NCBI GenBank assembly: GCA_965224465.1
Contig: OZ245049.1
Coordinates: 3,000,001-3,032,000 of the forward strand
DNA from: Flavobacteriaceae bacterium
GTDB lineage: Bacteria; Bacteroidota; Bacteroidia; Flavobacteriales; Flavobacteriaceae
Direction of reading: 5' to 3'
DNA length: 32,000 nt
Shown here piece by piece: positions 19,841 through 28,120 of this stretch. Made by a program: the position numbers and the translations under genes. The notes below the pieces were generated by a model. That model made no database searches and was not told the DNA's origin. It saw only the letters and a list, made by a program, of their open reading frames with translations. Numbering within the stretch: position 1 is the stretch's first letter; every line of letters begins with the position of its first letter.

Positions 19841-20470
19841 ATGGAACTGTCTAAAGCACAAACAAGTAGAAATCATATTATAAAAACAGCATTTGTTTTG
19901 TTTTTAGAAAAAGGGTATAAACAAATTACTATAAATAACATTGTGAAAGACAGTGGTTTTTCTAAAGGTGCAATTTACCATCATTTTAAAAGTAAAGAAG
20001 CAATCTATTACGCGACATTAGAAACCTATTATTTTTGTTACTTAACAAAAGAACAATTACAACTGTCATCTGGTAATTTTAAAAGTGATATAAAAAAAAT
20101 GTATGCCTATGTTTGTAAGGTGTTTGGTCAAATTGAGAACCTGACATCTTCCAAGTTAAAATACCCGATAAGAAATTTTTTCAGCTTTCAATTGGAAAGT
20201 CAACTGAATCCAAAAGTGAGAGATCAAATCTATGAGACAGTTCTTTTTTACAGATTAGAATTGGTTAAAATTGTCTCCGCTGCAAAACAAAACAATCAAA
20301 TAAAACAGGACATTGATATTGAGGCAATTGCATTTCAAATTGCAGGAATTATAGAAGGGATTGCGATTAATAATGCGACCCTTGAGCTAGATGTCGAATC
20401 TAAATTGATGGTGCAATACGACATTGTTTTTAATAGTTTTTTTAAATTAATATGTACTGAACAGGAATAG
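19841..20470 (+). CDS. TetR/AcrR-family transcriptional regulator
   Basis: 209 aa. The N-terminal HTH TINNIVKDSGFSKGAIYHHFKSKEAIY is typical of the TetR family. Confidence 0.85.
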   Translation: MELSKAQTSRNHIIKTAFVLFLEKGYKQITINNIVKDSGFSKGAIYHHFKSKEAIYYATLETYYFCYLTKEQLQLSSGNFKSDIKKMYAYVCKVFGQIENLTSSKLKYPIRNFFSFQLESQLNPKVRDQIYETVLFYRLELVKIVSAAKQNNQIKQDIDIEAIAFQIAGIIEGIAINNATLELDVESKLMVQYDIVFNSFFKLICTEQE

Positions 20471-20605
20471 TTTAGAGAGTAAAAAGTTAATAAAAAATTC
20501 ACACCTCGAAAAAACGAATCGAGATATGAATTCTTAAAACGTACACCCTTTTAATCTCACCAGTGGACTTACCTGGAGGTTATTGATTTTTTTAAATTTG
20601 AGAGC

Positions 20606-23287
20606 TTAAAAACTGTAACTTGCATTTAGCATTAGCATTCTACCTATTTTCGGAGTAAATGGATATGCCCTATAAGACGTGTTATTTATGTTTTGTATTG
20701 AACCTGCAAGGCGCCATCCATTTTCGAATTTATAGCTTACATTCGCATCTACAACTGTAAAAGAAGGCATAATACCTTGAAATCCATAGCCGTCTTTAAA
20801 ATTAGCAGTATAGCTATCTTGATATCTTGCAGAGACTCCACAGGAGATTCCTTTTTCTTGGGTATAATCAATCCCGTATTTTACTCTGTTCTTCGGTGTT
20901 AGTCCAGAATTTACGAGTTTTGTTTTACTAAAATCAAAATTTACATGCGTGTAATTTGCGTATACCGACCATTTATCCGTTACTAAATACTGTGCTCCTA
21001 CTTCGAGTCCTCCCCATTTAATGGCTTCGTTAAAAGTCGTATTTTCATAGGTCAAATGCATTTCTGCAACACCATCGTACTTATTTGCCATAGAATGTTC
21101 TACAAATCCTATAATTGCTTCATTTTCTATAGGTTTCATTGCTTCTGAGAGCATGTAATGTAAGGTCGCTCTATCGATACCAAAAGCAGTCAGTTGATCA
21201 TCCGATATTAAAGGATTTACAGCAGCTATTAAATCTTGTCCTACAGATCCATAATGAACCCCTGGATTGGTCAATTGAATATCTCCTTTAATTTTTCTAC
21301 CCCAATAGCTTGAAAAATCTAGGATCCACTTATCATTGATAATTCCTTGATATCCGAACTCAAAATTTTCTGTTACTTTTGGTTTTATGGGGGTAGTTTT
21401 TGTAGCCATAGGATTCACTCCTGCATCATAAACTGTTCCTGTCAATGGATTTATCAAGGTCGCAGCTGAAGTTCCTTGAACATAGTCTTTTAAGCCTATT
21501 AAAGCATCATATTGCCCTTGATTAATTGCGCCTTCTCCCAATAAACCTCCAATAGCAATTTGATAAGCAGTAGACAAGGGCATGTCTGTACCATCAAAAG
21601 ATACGCCTGGAATAAAGGTTTCTGTTCTCGCATTGTCATAATTATAGTTAGAATATCCACCTAAATAATTGATATAAAAAGGCTGACTTGCAGAGGGTGT
21701 TCCTACGATAACATCCCCAAAGAAATCTATAGATGCACGTGCTTGTGCCGTTCTGGACCACGATCCTCTTATGGAATGGTTTGGAGCTGGCTTATATATC
21801 AGTGCTACTTGTGGTGAAAATTCTGTTGCATTCATGGCTTTAAAGTCATCGATACGTCCTGTTACTTTTAAATTTAGTTTTTCTGGAACTAGCACAAGAT
21901 CACCGTGTAAATACAATCCTAAGACTCCAAAATCATCTTCATCTTCATACCTTCCATAAACGGTTCCTTTAGAATCGGTAAGTTCTAATCTATATTCTCC
22001 ACCAATACTTATATTTAACCTGTTTTTTATGGCATCAAAATTATATTGTGTTTGAAACTCATGTGCTGCATTCTCCGCTACATTTATTTCTCCTGTTTTA
22101 TATGAAAAAGCATCCCCAAGTCCCACTTTTAAATAACTCGATGAATATTGTGCGAAAAATCCACGTACAGAATATCGTACTTGTGTGTAAAGTGATGGGT
22201 ATTTCCAATAACCATCACCTCTATCTACATAAAATGGAGCTTTTCCTTTTGTAAAACCGGCATTGAATTTAAGGGTATGTCCATTACTTCTATATTCCAT
22301 ACTTGTAGATACACCAATGTTTTTTACAGCTGTTAAAGGTTTTTCTACCGTTTTTAATACCTCGCCTGTGAGTCCATTCACAATGGCGGTTTTGTTATTA
22401 AATATATGTGCATCTATAGGATCCTTAGGGTCGTACTCCCACGCATTTGCTGAATAGTATTTTGCAGATACTTTGATTCCAAATTTATCACTAAATTTCA
22501 TCGCATGCTTTATACCTGTTGTTAGTGTCGCATTTGTCCCCACTCCCATCGTTATCGTAGTTCCAGGATAATCAATAGGGCTTTTTGTTAAAAAATGAAC
22601 CACTCCAGAGGTGACCCCTGGGCCATACATCGCAGAGGCAGGTCCACGAACGACTTCTATTTGATGAATATCTTCGGAAATCATAGGCAACCTCCCTATG
22701 TCCGCTAAATCAAATCCAGCCAATTTAACATTTCTATTGTCAACCATTACAAGCGTTTCATTTCCAAAAGGATACCTTCCTCCACGCAAGGTCACAGAAT
22801 ACTGTCCTGCATTTTCCTCGGAAACCTCAACTCCTACAAGTCCTGTAAGTGCTTTTATGGGATTGTCAACTGGCTTTGCTAGTAGTTTTCGCGAACTAAT
22901 GATAGATACTGAAGCCGGAGCATCAATTCGCTTTTCTGCTTTTCTAGAAGCTGTTAACACAACTACATCCATCAACTCTAAACTCTCTTCCAATACAATT
23001 GTTTGAGAATCAGTACTATTGATTTCTATAATTTTTGACTTAAATCCTAAGAAACTTATTTTTAATTTAAAGGGGAATGTTTTGGAGGTGTTGAAATTGA
23101 AATTCCCGTCAAAATCAGTAGAGGCTCCTATAGATGTTCCTTCAATAATTATACTTACACCTGGTAGCGGTGATTTATGGATGTCTTTAACAGTTCCTTG
23201 AACCGATTGCTGTGCAATACTTGTTACTTGAATACAGAAAACAATAACGAGTATTAAAAAATATTTTTTTCTCATAGGTCTATACAT
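20606..23287 (-). CDS. TonB-dependent outer-membrane receptor with CarboxypepD_reg-like N-domain
   Basis: Signal peptide. VQGTVKD...PLPGVSIIIEGTSIGASTDFDGNFNF (CarboxypepD_reg-like), then a plug (ASRKAEKRIDAPASVSII) and a long beta-barrel ending in ...NASYSF (terminal Phe). The true start may be the Met at 23275. Confidence 0.88.
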   Translation of the reverse strand: MYRPMRKKYFLILVIVFCIQVTSIAQQSVQGTVKDIHKSPLPGVSIIIEGTSIGASTDFDGNFNFNTSKTFPFKLKISFLGFKSKIIEINSTDSQTIVLEESLELMDVVVLTASRKAEKRIDAPASVSIISSRKLLAKPVDNPIKALTGLVGVEVSEENAGQYSVTLRGGRYPFGNETLVMVDNRNVKLAGFDLADIGRLPMISEDIHQIEVVRGPASAMYGPGVTSGVVHFLTKSPIDYPGTTITMGVGTNATLTTGIKHAMKFSDKFGIKVSAKYYSANAWEYDPKDPIDAHIFNNKTAIVNGLTGEVLKTVEKPLTAVKNIGVSTSMEYRSNGHTLKFNAGFTKGKAPFYVDRGDGYWKYPSLYTQVRYSVRGFFAQYSSSYLKVGLGDAFSYKTGEINVAENAAHEFQTQYNFDAIKNRLNISIGGEYRLELTDSKGTVYGRYEDEDDFGVLGLYLHGDLVLVPEKLNLKVTGRIDDFKAMNATEFSPQVALIYKPAPNHSIRGSWSRTAQARASIDFFGDVIVGTPSASQPFYINYLGGYSNYNYDNARTETFIPGVSFDGTDMPLSTAYQIAIGGLLGEGAINQGQYDALIGLKDYVQGTSAATLINPLTGTVYDAGVNPMATKTTPIKPKVTENFEFGYQGIINDKWILDFSSYWGRKIKGDIQLTNPGVHYGSVGQDLIAAVNPLISDDQLTAFGIDRATLHYMLSEAMKPIENEAIIGFVEHSMANKYDGVAEMHLTYENTTFNEAIKWGGLEVGAQYLVTDKWSVYANYTHVNFDFSKTKLVNSGLTPKNRVKYGIDYTQEKGISCGVSARYQDSYTANFKDGYGFQGIMPSFTVVDANVSYKFENGWRLAGSIQNINNTSYRAYPFTPKIGRMLMLNASYSF

Positions 23288-23360
23288 TTAATTAATTATT
23301 TCAATGGTTCGTACTAGTCATACGTCTCACTAAAGTTTGTCTTGTAAATTCAGGGGATTT

Positions 23361-23520
23361 ATATCAATTAAATCTAAAATGACTGATATAAATAGTTTAT
23401 TATACGTTCTAGCGTGGTTGAAAAACAGAACGATAGCTAAGGCTATTCTTAGATTTTTTACCTAGCTAAAACATAAAATATTTCCATTTCTAAATCTTTA
23501 CTGGGAAATGTATTTGGTAT
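23361..23520 (+). repeat. TACCAA-element copy B (160 bp, most diverged full-length copy)
   Basis: atatcaattaaatctaaaatgactgatataaatagtttattatacgttctagcgtggttgaaaaacagaacgatagctaaggctatt...cctagctaaaacataaaatatttccatttctaaatctttactgggaaatgtatttggtat. Collinear with the 27.1-27.6 kb copies. Confidence 0.85.
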
Positions 23521-23865
23521 TTGATGATTTTTTGTTTCTAATTCAAAACCATTCAGCCTTGATTTCTATCCTTAGTATGTTGACAACGTACTAAATCTAA
23601 CTATTAAAAATGTTAATAGTTAGATCTTTCCAAAATATGAATAAGGTTAATTTCAAGCAATAAAAAACGGAGTGTTCTACAGTTAAATCATAGTAAACCG
23701 ACCAGACGTTTTGTTGCAATGTAGGTTTTTTTATCGACATAACACATTAACTGTATGTAATCTAACCTTTTTTAAAGGAGATGTGATGCCGTAAATTAAC
23801 TGTGTAAATTATAAATGAGACTTAGAAGAACAAGGTCAAAGTAGTTGTTTTTTTATTCTTAAATA

Positions 23866-25598
23866 GGGCTTGCTGATTTTATAAGCGATTAACTAAACTT
23901 CAGATTAGATATATATCTATTTTCATGATAATAACCACTTCTATTAAAAAAACAGAAGAACTTATTTGATTCATTTTTTGAACAAATACTATTTTTATTC
24001 CTTTTTTAAAAAAGGCATAAAAAATAGCATATAGATCTGCTATTTTTAATAAAGTTACTAGATTCATTACAAAGAAAATTGCACCAATCCAGCTTTGTGA
24101 GGTGTCGTTTGTTTTGGCTTTTATATTGCTTAGTCCGTATCCATTTTTAGCTTGCCCAAATTTTCCTTCGATTAGATTTCTTTGGTTTCGCTCTTTCTTT
24201 AGTTTTCGTCTCTGATACGCATTGAGCTCTTGTTTTGGTGGACGCCCTAAAGGTTTTCCTACAATACGAATCTCTCTTTCTTTAAGCCACTTCCTGTTCT
24301 TTCTATTCAGATAAATACGATCTGCCAATAACAATTCTGGATAATTACCAAAGGTAGTTTTGTAGGTTTCTATCTGGAGTTCTAAGTCTATGGATTCATT
24401 AAAATTATCCCAACTGATGTGTTCTACACGACTCATTCCGTCTACTTCGCTTCCGCTTATTTTTGCGCCAAACTCTGTTCTTGCATTGTCTTTTCCTCTT
24501 GCTATGGGACGTACGTAAGGCTGATAGATATTAACAACTCTGTCTTTTACGCTATGTACTTTTTGATCATACATGAATTGCTGTTGCTCATAAAGAAGTT
24601 GTACAACCCAGTATATTTTCTGATCTCGTTTAGAAATTGGAAACCTAAATGGATAAGCATCTTTTAAATCGGGAAATACTCCTACTGATTGTCCTTGTTT
24701 TCTTTGAGCTTCGATCTGATCTAAAAGTGATTCGATATAACTGATATTACGTTTTAAATAACCTAACTGTTTTCGAATAAATTTACGAATTACTTTTTGC
24801 GACTTTCTTCTGTTTTTTGAAAAGTTTAAGTATTCTGTCCTAGCTATTCTACGGTAATCACGTGGCTTTTTATCCAAACCAGCTTCTTTGTATAATAAAT
24901 CAATAATCCGCTCACTCTCTTTTCTTGCTCCATTTAACAATCCTGCATCAGTAGGAAATGCTATTTTCTGATTCGCTACGGTGGCATCAATTTTTAGTGT
25001 GCCTTTGTTTTGAGAAGTATCATTCTTATTTTTACTAATGTTCTTCTTTTTATCAGGTTTTAATTCATCTGCTCTTTCTATAACAAGTGCATTCCATGCT
25101 TCAAAATTACTTGCACCCATTCGCTTACGAATATCAACAAAAACTGTAGGATGGAAGGGTGGTTTTGTTTGGAAATTTCTCAAACCACAAAAATATTGAA
25201 GATAGATGTTTTCACTAATCATAGCAACAGTTCCCCTGTCATCTAAATTTAATTTATGTTTTACAATTAGTGCACCAATAACCATACGAACATCTATACT
25301 CTCTCTACCAGAGCTAGAATTAAGCTCTTTTGAATATACAGATGCTAAAGCATCCCAAGGGATCACTTTAGCTAATTTTACCCAACGATTTTCTTTTGAT
25401 AATTCCTGATCAAATGGATGAGAGAATCCTAATAAAGTTAACTGATTTGAAGGCGTATATTTTACCATAAGTGCACAAGTTTATTACCTAAAGATACGAA
25501 AACATACGCACTTATCAAAAAAAATAAAGCACAAAATACAAGTTAATATTCTGATAATCAAATATGTAAGTTGTGTTTAGTTGAAAATCAGCAAACCC
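23866..25598 (-). mobile_element. Insertion sequence, IS5/IS1182-like, apparently intact (~1.73 kb)
   Basis: Imperfect terminal inverted repeats: GGGCTTGCTGATTTT[ATAAGCGAT]TAACTAAAC (23866-23898) versus the reverse complement of 25575-25598, GGGTTTGCTGATTTTCAACTAAAC. A flanking direct repeat TAAATA(GGG) sits at 23860-23865(-68) and 25599-25604(-07). One transposase ORF. Confidence 0.8.
23900..25468 (-). CDS. DDE transposase (IS5/IS1182 superfamily, InsH-like N-terminal domain)
   Basis: 522 aa. The N-terminal ...ENRWVKLAKVIPWD... region resembles the InsH N-terminal domain. Candidate catalytic residues are in FPTDAGLL, LLADRIYLN and NLIEGKFGQAKNGYGL. Confidence 0.85.
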   Translation of the reverse strand: MVKYTPSNQLTLLGFSHPFDQELSKENRWVKLAKVIPWDALASVYSKELNSSSGRESIDVRMVIGALIVKHKLNLDDRGTVAMISENIYLQYFCGLRNFQTKPPFHPTVFVDIRKRMGASNFEAWNALVIERADELKPDKKKNISKNKNDTSQNKGTLKIDATVANQKIAFPTDAGLLNGARKESERIIDLLYKEAGLDKKPRDYRRIARTEYLNFSKNRRKSQKVIRKFIRKQLGYLKRNISYIESLLDQIEAQRKQGQSVGVFPDLKDAYPFRFPISKRDQKIYWVVQLLYEQQQFMYDQKVHSVKDRVVNIYQPYVRPIARGKDNARTEFGAKISGSEVDGMSRVEHISWDNFNESIDLELQIETYKTTFGNYPELLLADRIYLNRKNRKWLKEREIRIVGKPLGRPPKQELNAYQRRKLKKERNQRNLIEGKFGQAKNGYGLSNIKAKTNDTSQSWIGAIFFVMNLVTLLKIADLYAIFYAFFKKGIKIVFVQKMNQISSSVFLIEVVIIMKIDIYLI

Positions 25599-25616
25599 TA
25601 AATAGGGTGATAAAAA

Positions 25617-25718
25617 GGTGAAATAAAACGATGGCTAAGGCTCTCCTTAAATTTTTTTCCTTGCTAAAATAAAAAATATATCCATTTCTAAACTGTCACC
25701 TGAAAATGTATTTGGTAT
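25617..25718 (+). repeat. TACCAA-element copy C (5'-truncated/diverged, ~102 bp)
   Basis: ggtgaaataaaacgatggctaaggctctcc...ccttgctaaaataaaaaatatatccatttctaaactgtcacctgaaaatgtatttggtat aligns with the 3' two-thirds of the consensus. It begins 19 nt after the IS right end. Confidence 0.7.
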
Positions 25719-25962
25719 TAATCCCAACAAATCTAATATAGTATGATGCTGTTTTTAAGGAAGTAAAATAACGCCTATTAGATCCTTGACTTTACCTGAT
25801 AGTAGAACATCTAAAAGACAGGTAATCAAGTTGTATTTAGAGATGTTTACTTAAATGAAACACTTGCTTTATCTAGGTAAAACTACAGAAAACTTTAATT
25901 CCATCTGTTATTTGGAATTGTTTCTGGTAGTCTAAATTATGGAGTGTGTTTGTAAAAGAATC

Positions 25963-27015
25963 TCAATCCTTAAAAAACAGTTCTATTTCGTTCCTAGAAC
26001 TGATCAATAGCTTTTTATAAATAGCATTGATATGGGTTTTAACTGTACTTATGCTAATAAATAAATGCGCTGCTATTTCTTTGTTTGATAAATTATCGTG
26101 CATAAGAAGAAATACTTTTTGCTCTTGATTGGACAACACCTCTTTATATTGAATTCGACGCTGTTTAGGCGTTATTTTTGTGAATAAAAATACATTGAGA
26201 AAAATAGACAACAATAAAAGGAACAAGCTACTATACATTCCTATTTTATAGCTGCTGTTTTTTTTGATGAGTAATGGATATTGATCGTTGACTAAGTCTG
26301 CTTTAAACTGAGAAGCGTAGCTCGCTGTTGGATAGCGCTTTTCTATCCTATGGAGTAATTTGGTGTAGTAGTCAGAATTTTGTAAATCCTTTAAATAGAA
26401 TTTTCTACTAAAAGATGTTGAATTGGCATATAAATTATAAGTATATAATTCTACCAAAGGAGCTTTAAACGAGCGACCAAAATGCTTGATTTTAATAAAA
26501 TAATTTTTAAATATGATGTTCCGTTGAGCCTCGTTTTTTGCTTCTTGTAAAACCCCTAATAATTGTTCTTGAATAGAATCAATTTTTTGAATCGCTGTGT
26601 TTTCAGACCTTGAAAATTGGACATCGCAAAACATTTGATCCAATCCGTTTAAGGGAAAATAAATATGGTCTGTATTATTTGCTATAAAAATAATGGAGGT
26701 GCTTTCTTCGCATTGTTTCAGAAGGTGCAATGCATCCGAAACATTGCCTTGACATTTATCGACATAAATCTTATAAAACCTACTTTCAGAAGATAGAAAA
26801 TCACCAGAAAACTGAAAACGTCCTTCGGCGTCTATTTTAGACTCTTGAAGTATGTACTCCGTCTGAAATACATGGCTTTTTTTATAGTCTTCTATACACA
26901 TTAAATAACAAGTAGCTTCAGTAAATTCTTCTGTAACAAGCCCGTTAAATTTGAACTGACCATACGATGAAACCGTACAGAATAAAATAAGGACTAATAC
27001 GCAGCGATGTAACAT
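25963..27015 (-). CDS. Membrane-anchored LuxR/GerE-family transcriptional regulator (exported N-domain, one TM, cytoplasmic HTH)
   Basis: C-terminal SNQEQKVFLLMHDNLSNKEIAAHLFISISTVKTHINAIYKKL is a LuxR-type HTH. TM segment IGMYSSLFLLLLSIFLNVFLF. The start is placed at the internal Met (MLHRCVLVLILFCTVSSYG, signal-like), because the longer ORF runs into repeat copy D1. Confidence 0.75.
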   Translation of the reverse strand: MLHRCVLVLILFCTVSSYGQFKFNGLVTEEFTEATCYLMCIEDYKKSHVFQTEYILQESKIDAEGRFQFSGDFLSSESRFYKIYVDKCQGNVSDALHLLKQCEESTSIIFIANNTDHIYFPLNGLDQMFCDVQFSRSENTAIQKIDSIQEQLLGVLQEAKNEAQRNIIFKNYFIKIKHFGRSFKAPLVELYTYNLYANSTSFSRKFYLKDLQNSDYYTKLLHRIEKRYPTASYASQFKADLVNDQYPLLIKKNSSYKIGMYSSLFLLLLSIFLNVFLFTKITPKQRRIQYKEVLSNQEQKVFLLMHDNLSNKEIAAHLFISISTVKTHINAIYKKLLISSRNEIELFFKD

Positions 27016-27061
27016 AACAATTATTTGAATACGGAATATAGTAAAAAAAGGATAGCTCCAT

Positions 27062-27101
27062 AAAAAAGCACCCTTTAGTTTTACACGTAATAGTAAAGGG
27101 G
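27062..27101 (-). terminator. Candidate terminator hairpin between the repeat array and the LuxR gene
   Basis: CCCTTTA (27071-27077) pairs with TAAAGGG (27094-27100). On the minus strand the stem is followed by TGCTTTTTT. Confidence 0.45.
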
Positions 27102-27105
27102 ACCT

Positions 27106-27266
27106 ATACCAATTATATTCCAAAATGACAGATATAAATAGTTTATTTTTTGTTCTAGCGTTGTTGAAAAATAGAACGATAGCTACGGCTATCCATCCAT
27201 TTTCCGCCTAGCTAGAACAAAAAATAATTCCATTTCTAAACTGTCACTTGGAGATGTATTTGGTAT
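27106..27266 (+). repeat. TACCAA-element copy D1 (161 bp), first unit of the tandem array
   Basis: ataccaattatattccaaaatgacagatataaatag...gatgtatttggtat. Contains a 17-bp perfect long-range stem (27143-27159 with 27211-27227) enclosing the GATAGC-tacg-GCTATC hairpin (27178-27193). Confidence 0.9.
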
Positions 27267-27267
27267 G

Positions 27268-27433
27268 ATACCAATTAAATTACATTCCAAAATGACAGAT
27301 ATAAATAGTTTATTTTAGGTTCTAGTGTTGTTGAAAAATAGAACGAGAGCTACGGCTATCCATCCATTTTTCGCCTAGCTAGAACAAAAAATAATTCCAT
27401 TTCTAAACTGTCACTTGGAGATGTATTTGGTAT
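27268..27433 (+). repeat. TACCAA-element copy D2 (166 bp)
   Basis: Near-identical to D1 (a handful of substitutions and one 5-nt indel). Separated from D1 by a single G. Confidence 0.9.
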
Positions 27434-27434
27434 G

Positions 27435-27590
27435 ATACCAATTAAATTACATTCCAAAATGACAGATATAAATAGTTTATTTTACGTTCTAGTGTTGTTG
27501 AAAAACAGAACGATAGCTACGGCTATCCATCCATTTTTCGCCTAGCTATAATTCCATTTCTAAACCGTCACTTGGAGATGTATTTGGTAT
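27435..27590 (+). repeat. TACCAA-element copy D3 (156 bp, 10-nt deletion of GAACAAAAAA)
   Basis: Same consensus, but cctagctagaacaaaaaataattcc is replaced by cctagctataattcc. Confidence 0.9.
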
Positions 27591-27628
27591 GATCCGATAC
27601 TGTTCTAATTATTTTTGAAGTTGCATGT

Positions 27629-28030
27629 TTATTGCTGCGCAACAACTGGAGCCAAGACCATCCCTTTTATTCGAATGTTTTTAGTTTTTTCGCGGGCATT
27701 TGATACAATCGAAAATGTTTTTGAGAATCCACCCAAACGATTTGTTGCGTAGTTTACACGTATCACACCGCTTTCACCAGGCATAATAGGCTTACTTGGC
27801 TTTTGGGCTACAGAACAGCCACAACTACTTTTAATGCTGGAAATAAAAATCGGAGACTTTCCTATATTTGTAAAATTGAACGTACGATACCCATTGTCAT
27901 GTTGTGAAACTTGGCCATAATCAACAATTTCTTTTTCGAATTTAAAGATGCCTTCTTTTAGAGTGTCTTTTTCTTGAGCGATCAATAAAGATCCTATAAA
28001 TAACATTAAAATACAGCTTACATTTTTCAT
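27629..28030 (-). CDS. DUF1573-like secreted protein
   Basis: 133 aa. Signal peptide. FKFEKEIVDYGQV...FNFTNIGKSPIFISSIKSSCGCSV...PGESGVIRVNY matches my recollection of the DUF1573 pattern (conserved CGC). Confidence 0.7.
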   Translation of the reverse strand: MKNVSCILMLFIGSLLIAQEKDTLKEGIFKFEKEIVDYGQVSQHDNGYRTFNFTNIGKSPIFISSIKSSCGCSVAQKPSKPIMPGESGVIRVNYATNRLGGFSKTFSIVSNAREKTKNIRIKGMVLAPVVAQQ

Positions 28031-28106
28031 TTTTATTGTTTTAAAATTAATAGGTTACAAACATCAAGAAAACTGTGTAAAAAATAAAGTTTAAGGAGAT
28101 GGATTA

Positions 28107-28120
28107 TAGGACTAGTCCTA
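28107..28120. promoter_or_regulatory. 14-bp perfect palindrome TAGGACTAGTCCTA in a divergent promoter region (candidate operator)
   Basis: Read directly. It lies between the divergently transcribed DUF1573 gene (start 28030) and the peroxidase gene (start 28387). Confidence 0.3.

Noticed and set aside
23866-25598. Possibility that the TACCAA elements are MITE derivatives of this IS
   Set aside because: The IS termini (GGGyTTGCTGATTTT...) share no similarity with the element termini (ATACCAAyTAAA / TATTTGGTAT).
23860-25607. Idea that the IS inserted into the ATAAATAG motif of a TACCAA element, because TAAATAG flanks both IS ends and occurs in the element consensus
   Set aside because: Sequence left of the IS (23800-23859) shows no similarity to the element's 5' part. 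The 7-mer match is expected by chance in AT-rich DNA, and homology of copy C only starts about 19 nt beyond the IS end.
27016-27123. N-terminal 36 codons of the listed ORF 25963-27123 (MEYNWYRSPLLLRVKLKG...)
   Set aside because: The extension runs through a terminator-like hairpin and into repeat copy D1. The internal Met at 27015 gives a proper signal-peptide-like N-terminus.
27106-27590. Tandem repeats that could be mistaken for a CRISPR array
   Set aside because: The units are 156-166 bp and directly abut, separated by a single G. There are no unique spacers, no 24-48 bp repeat periodicity and no cas genes in the window.
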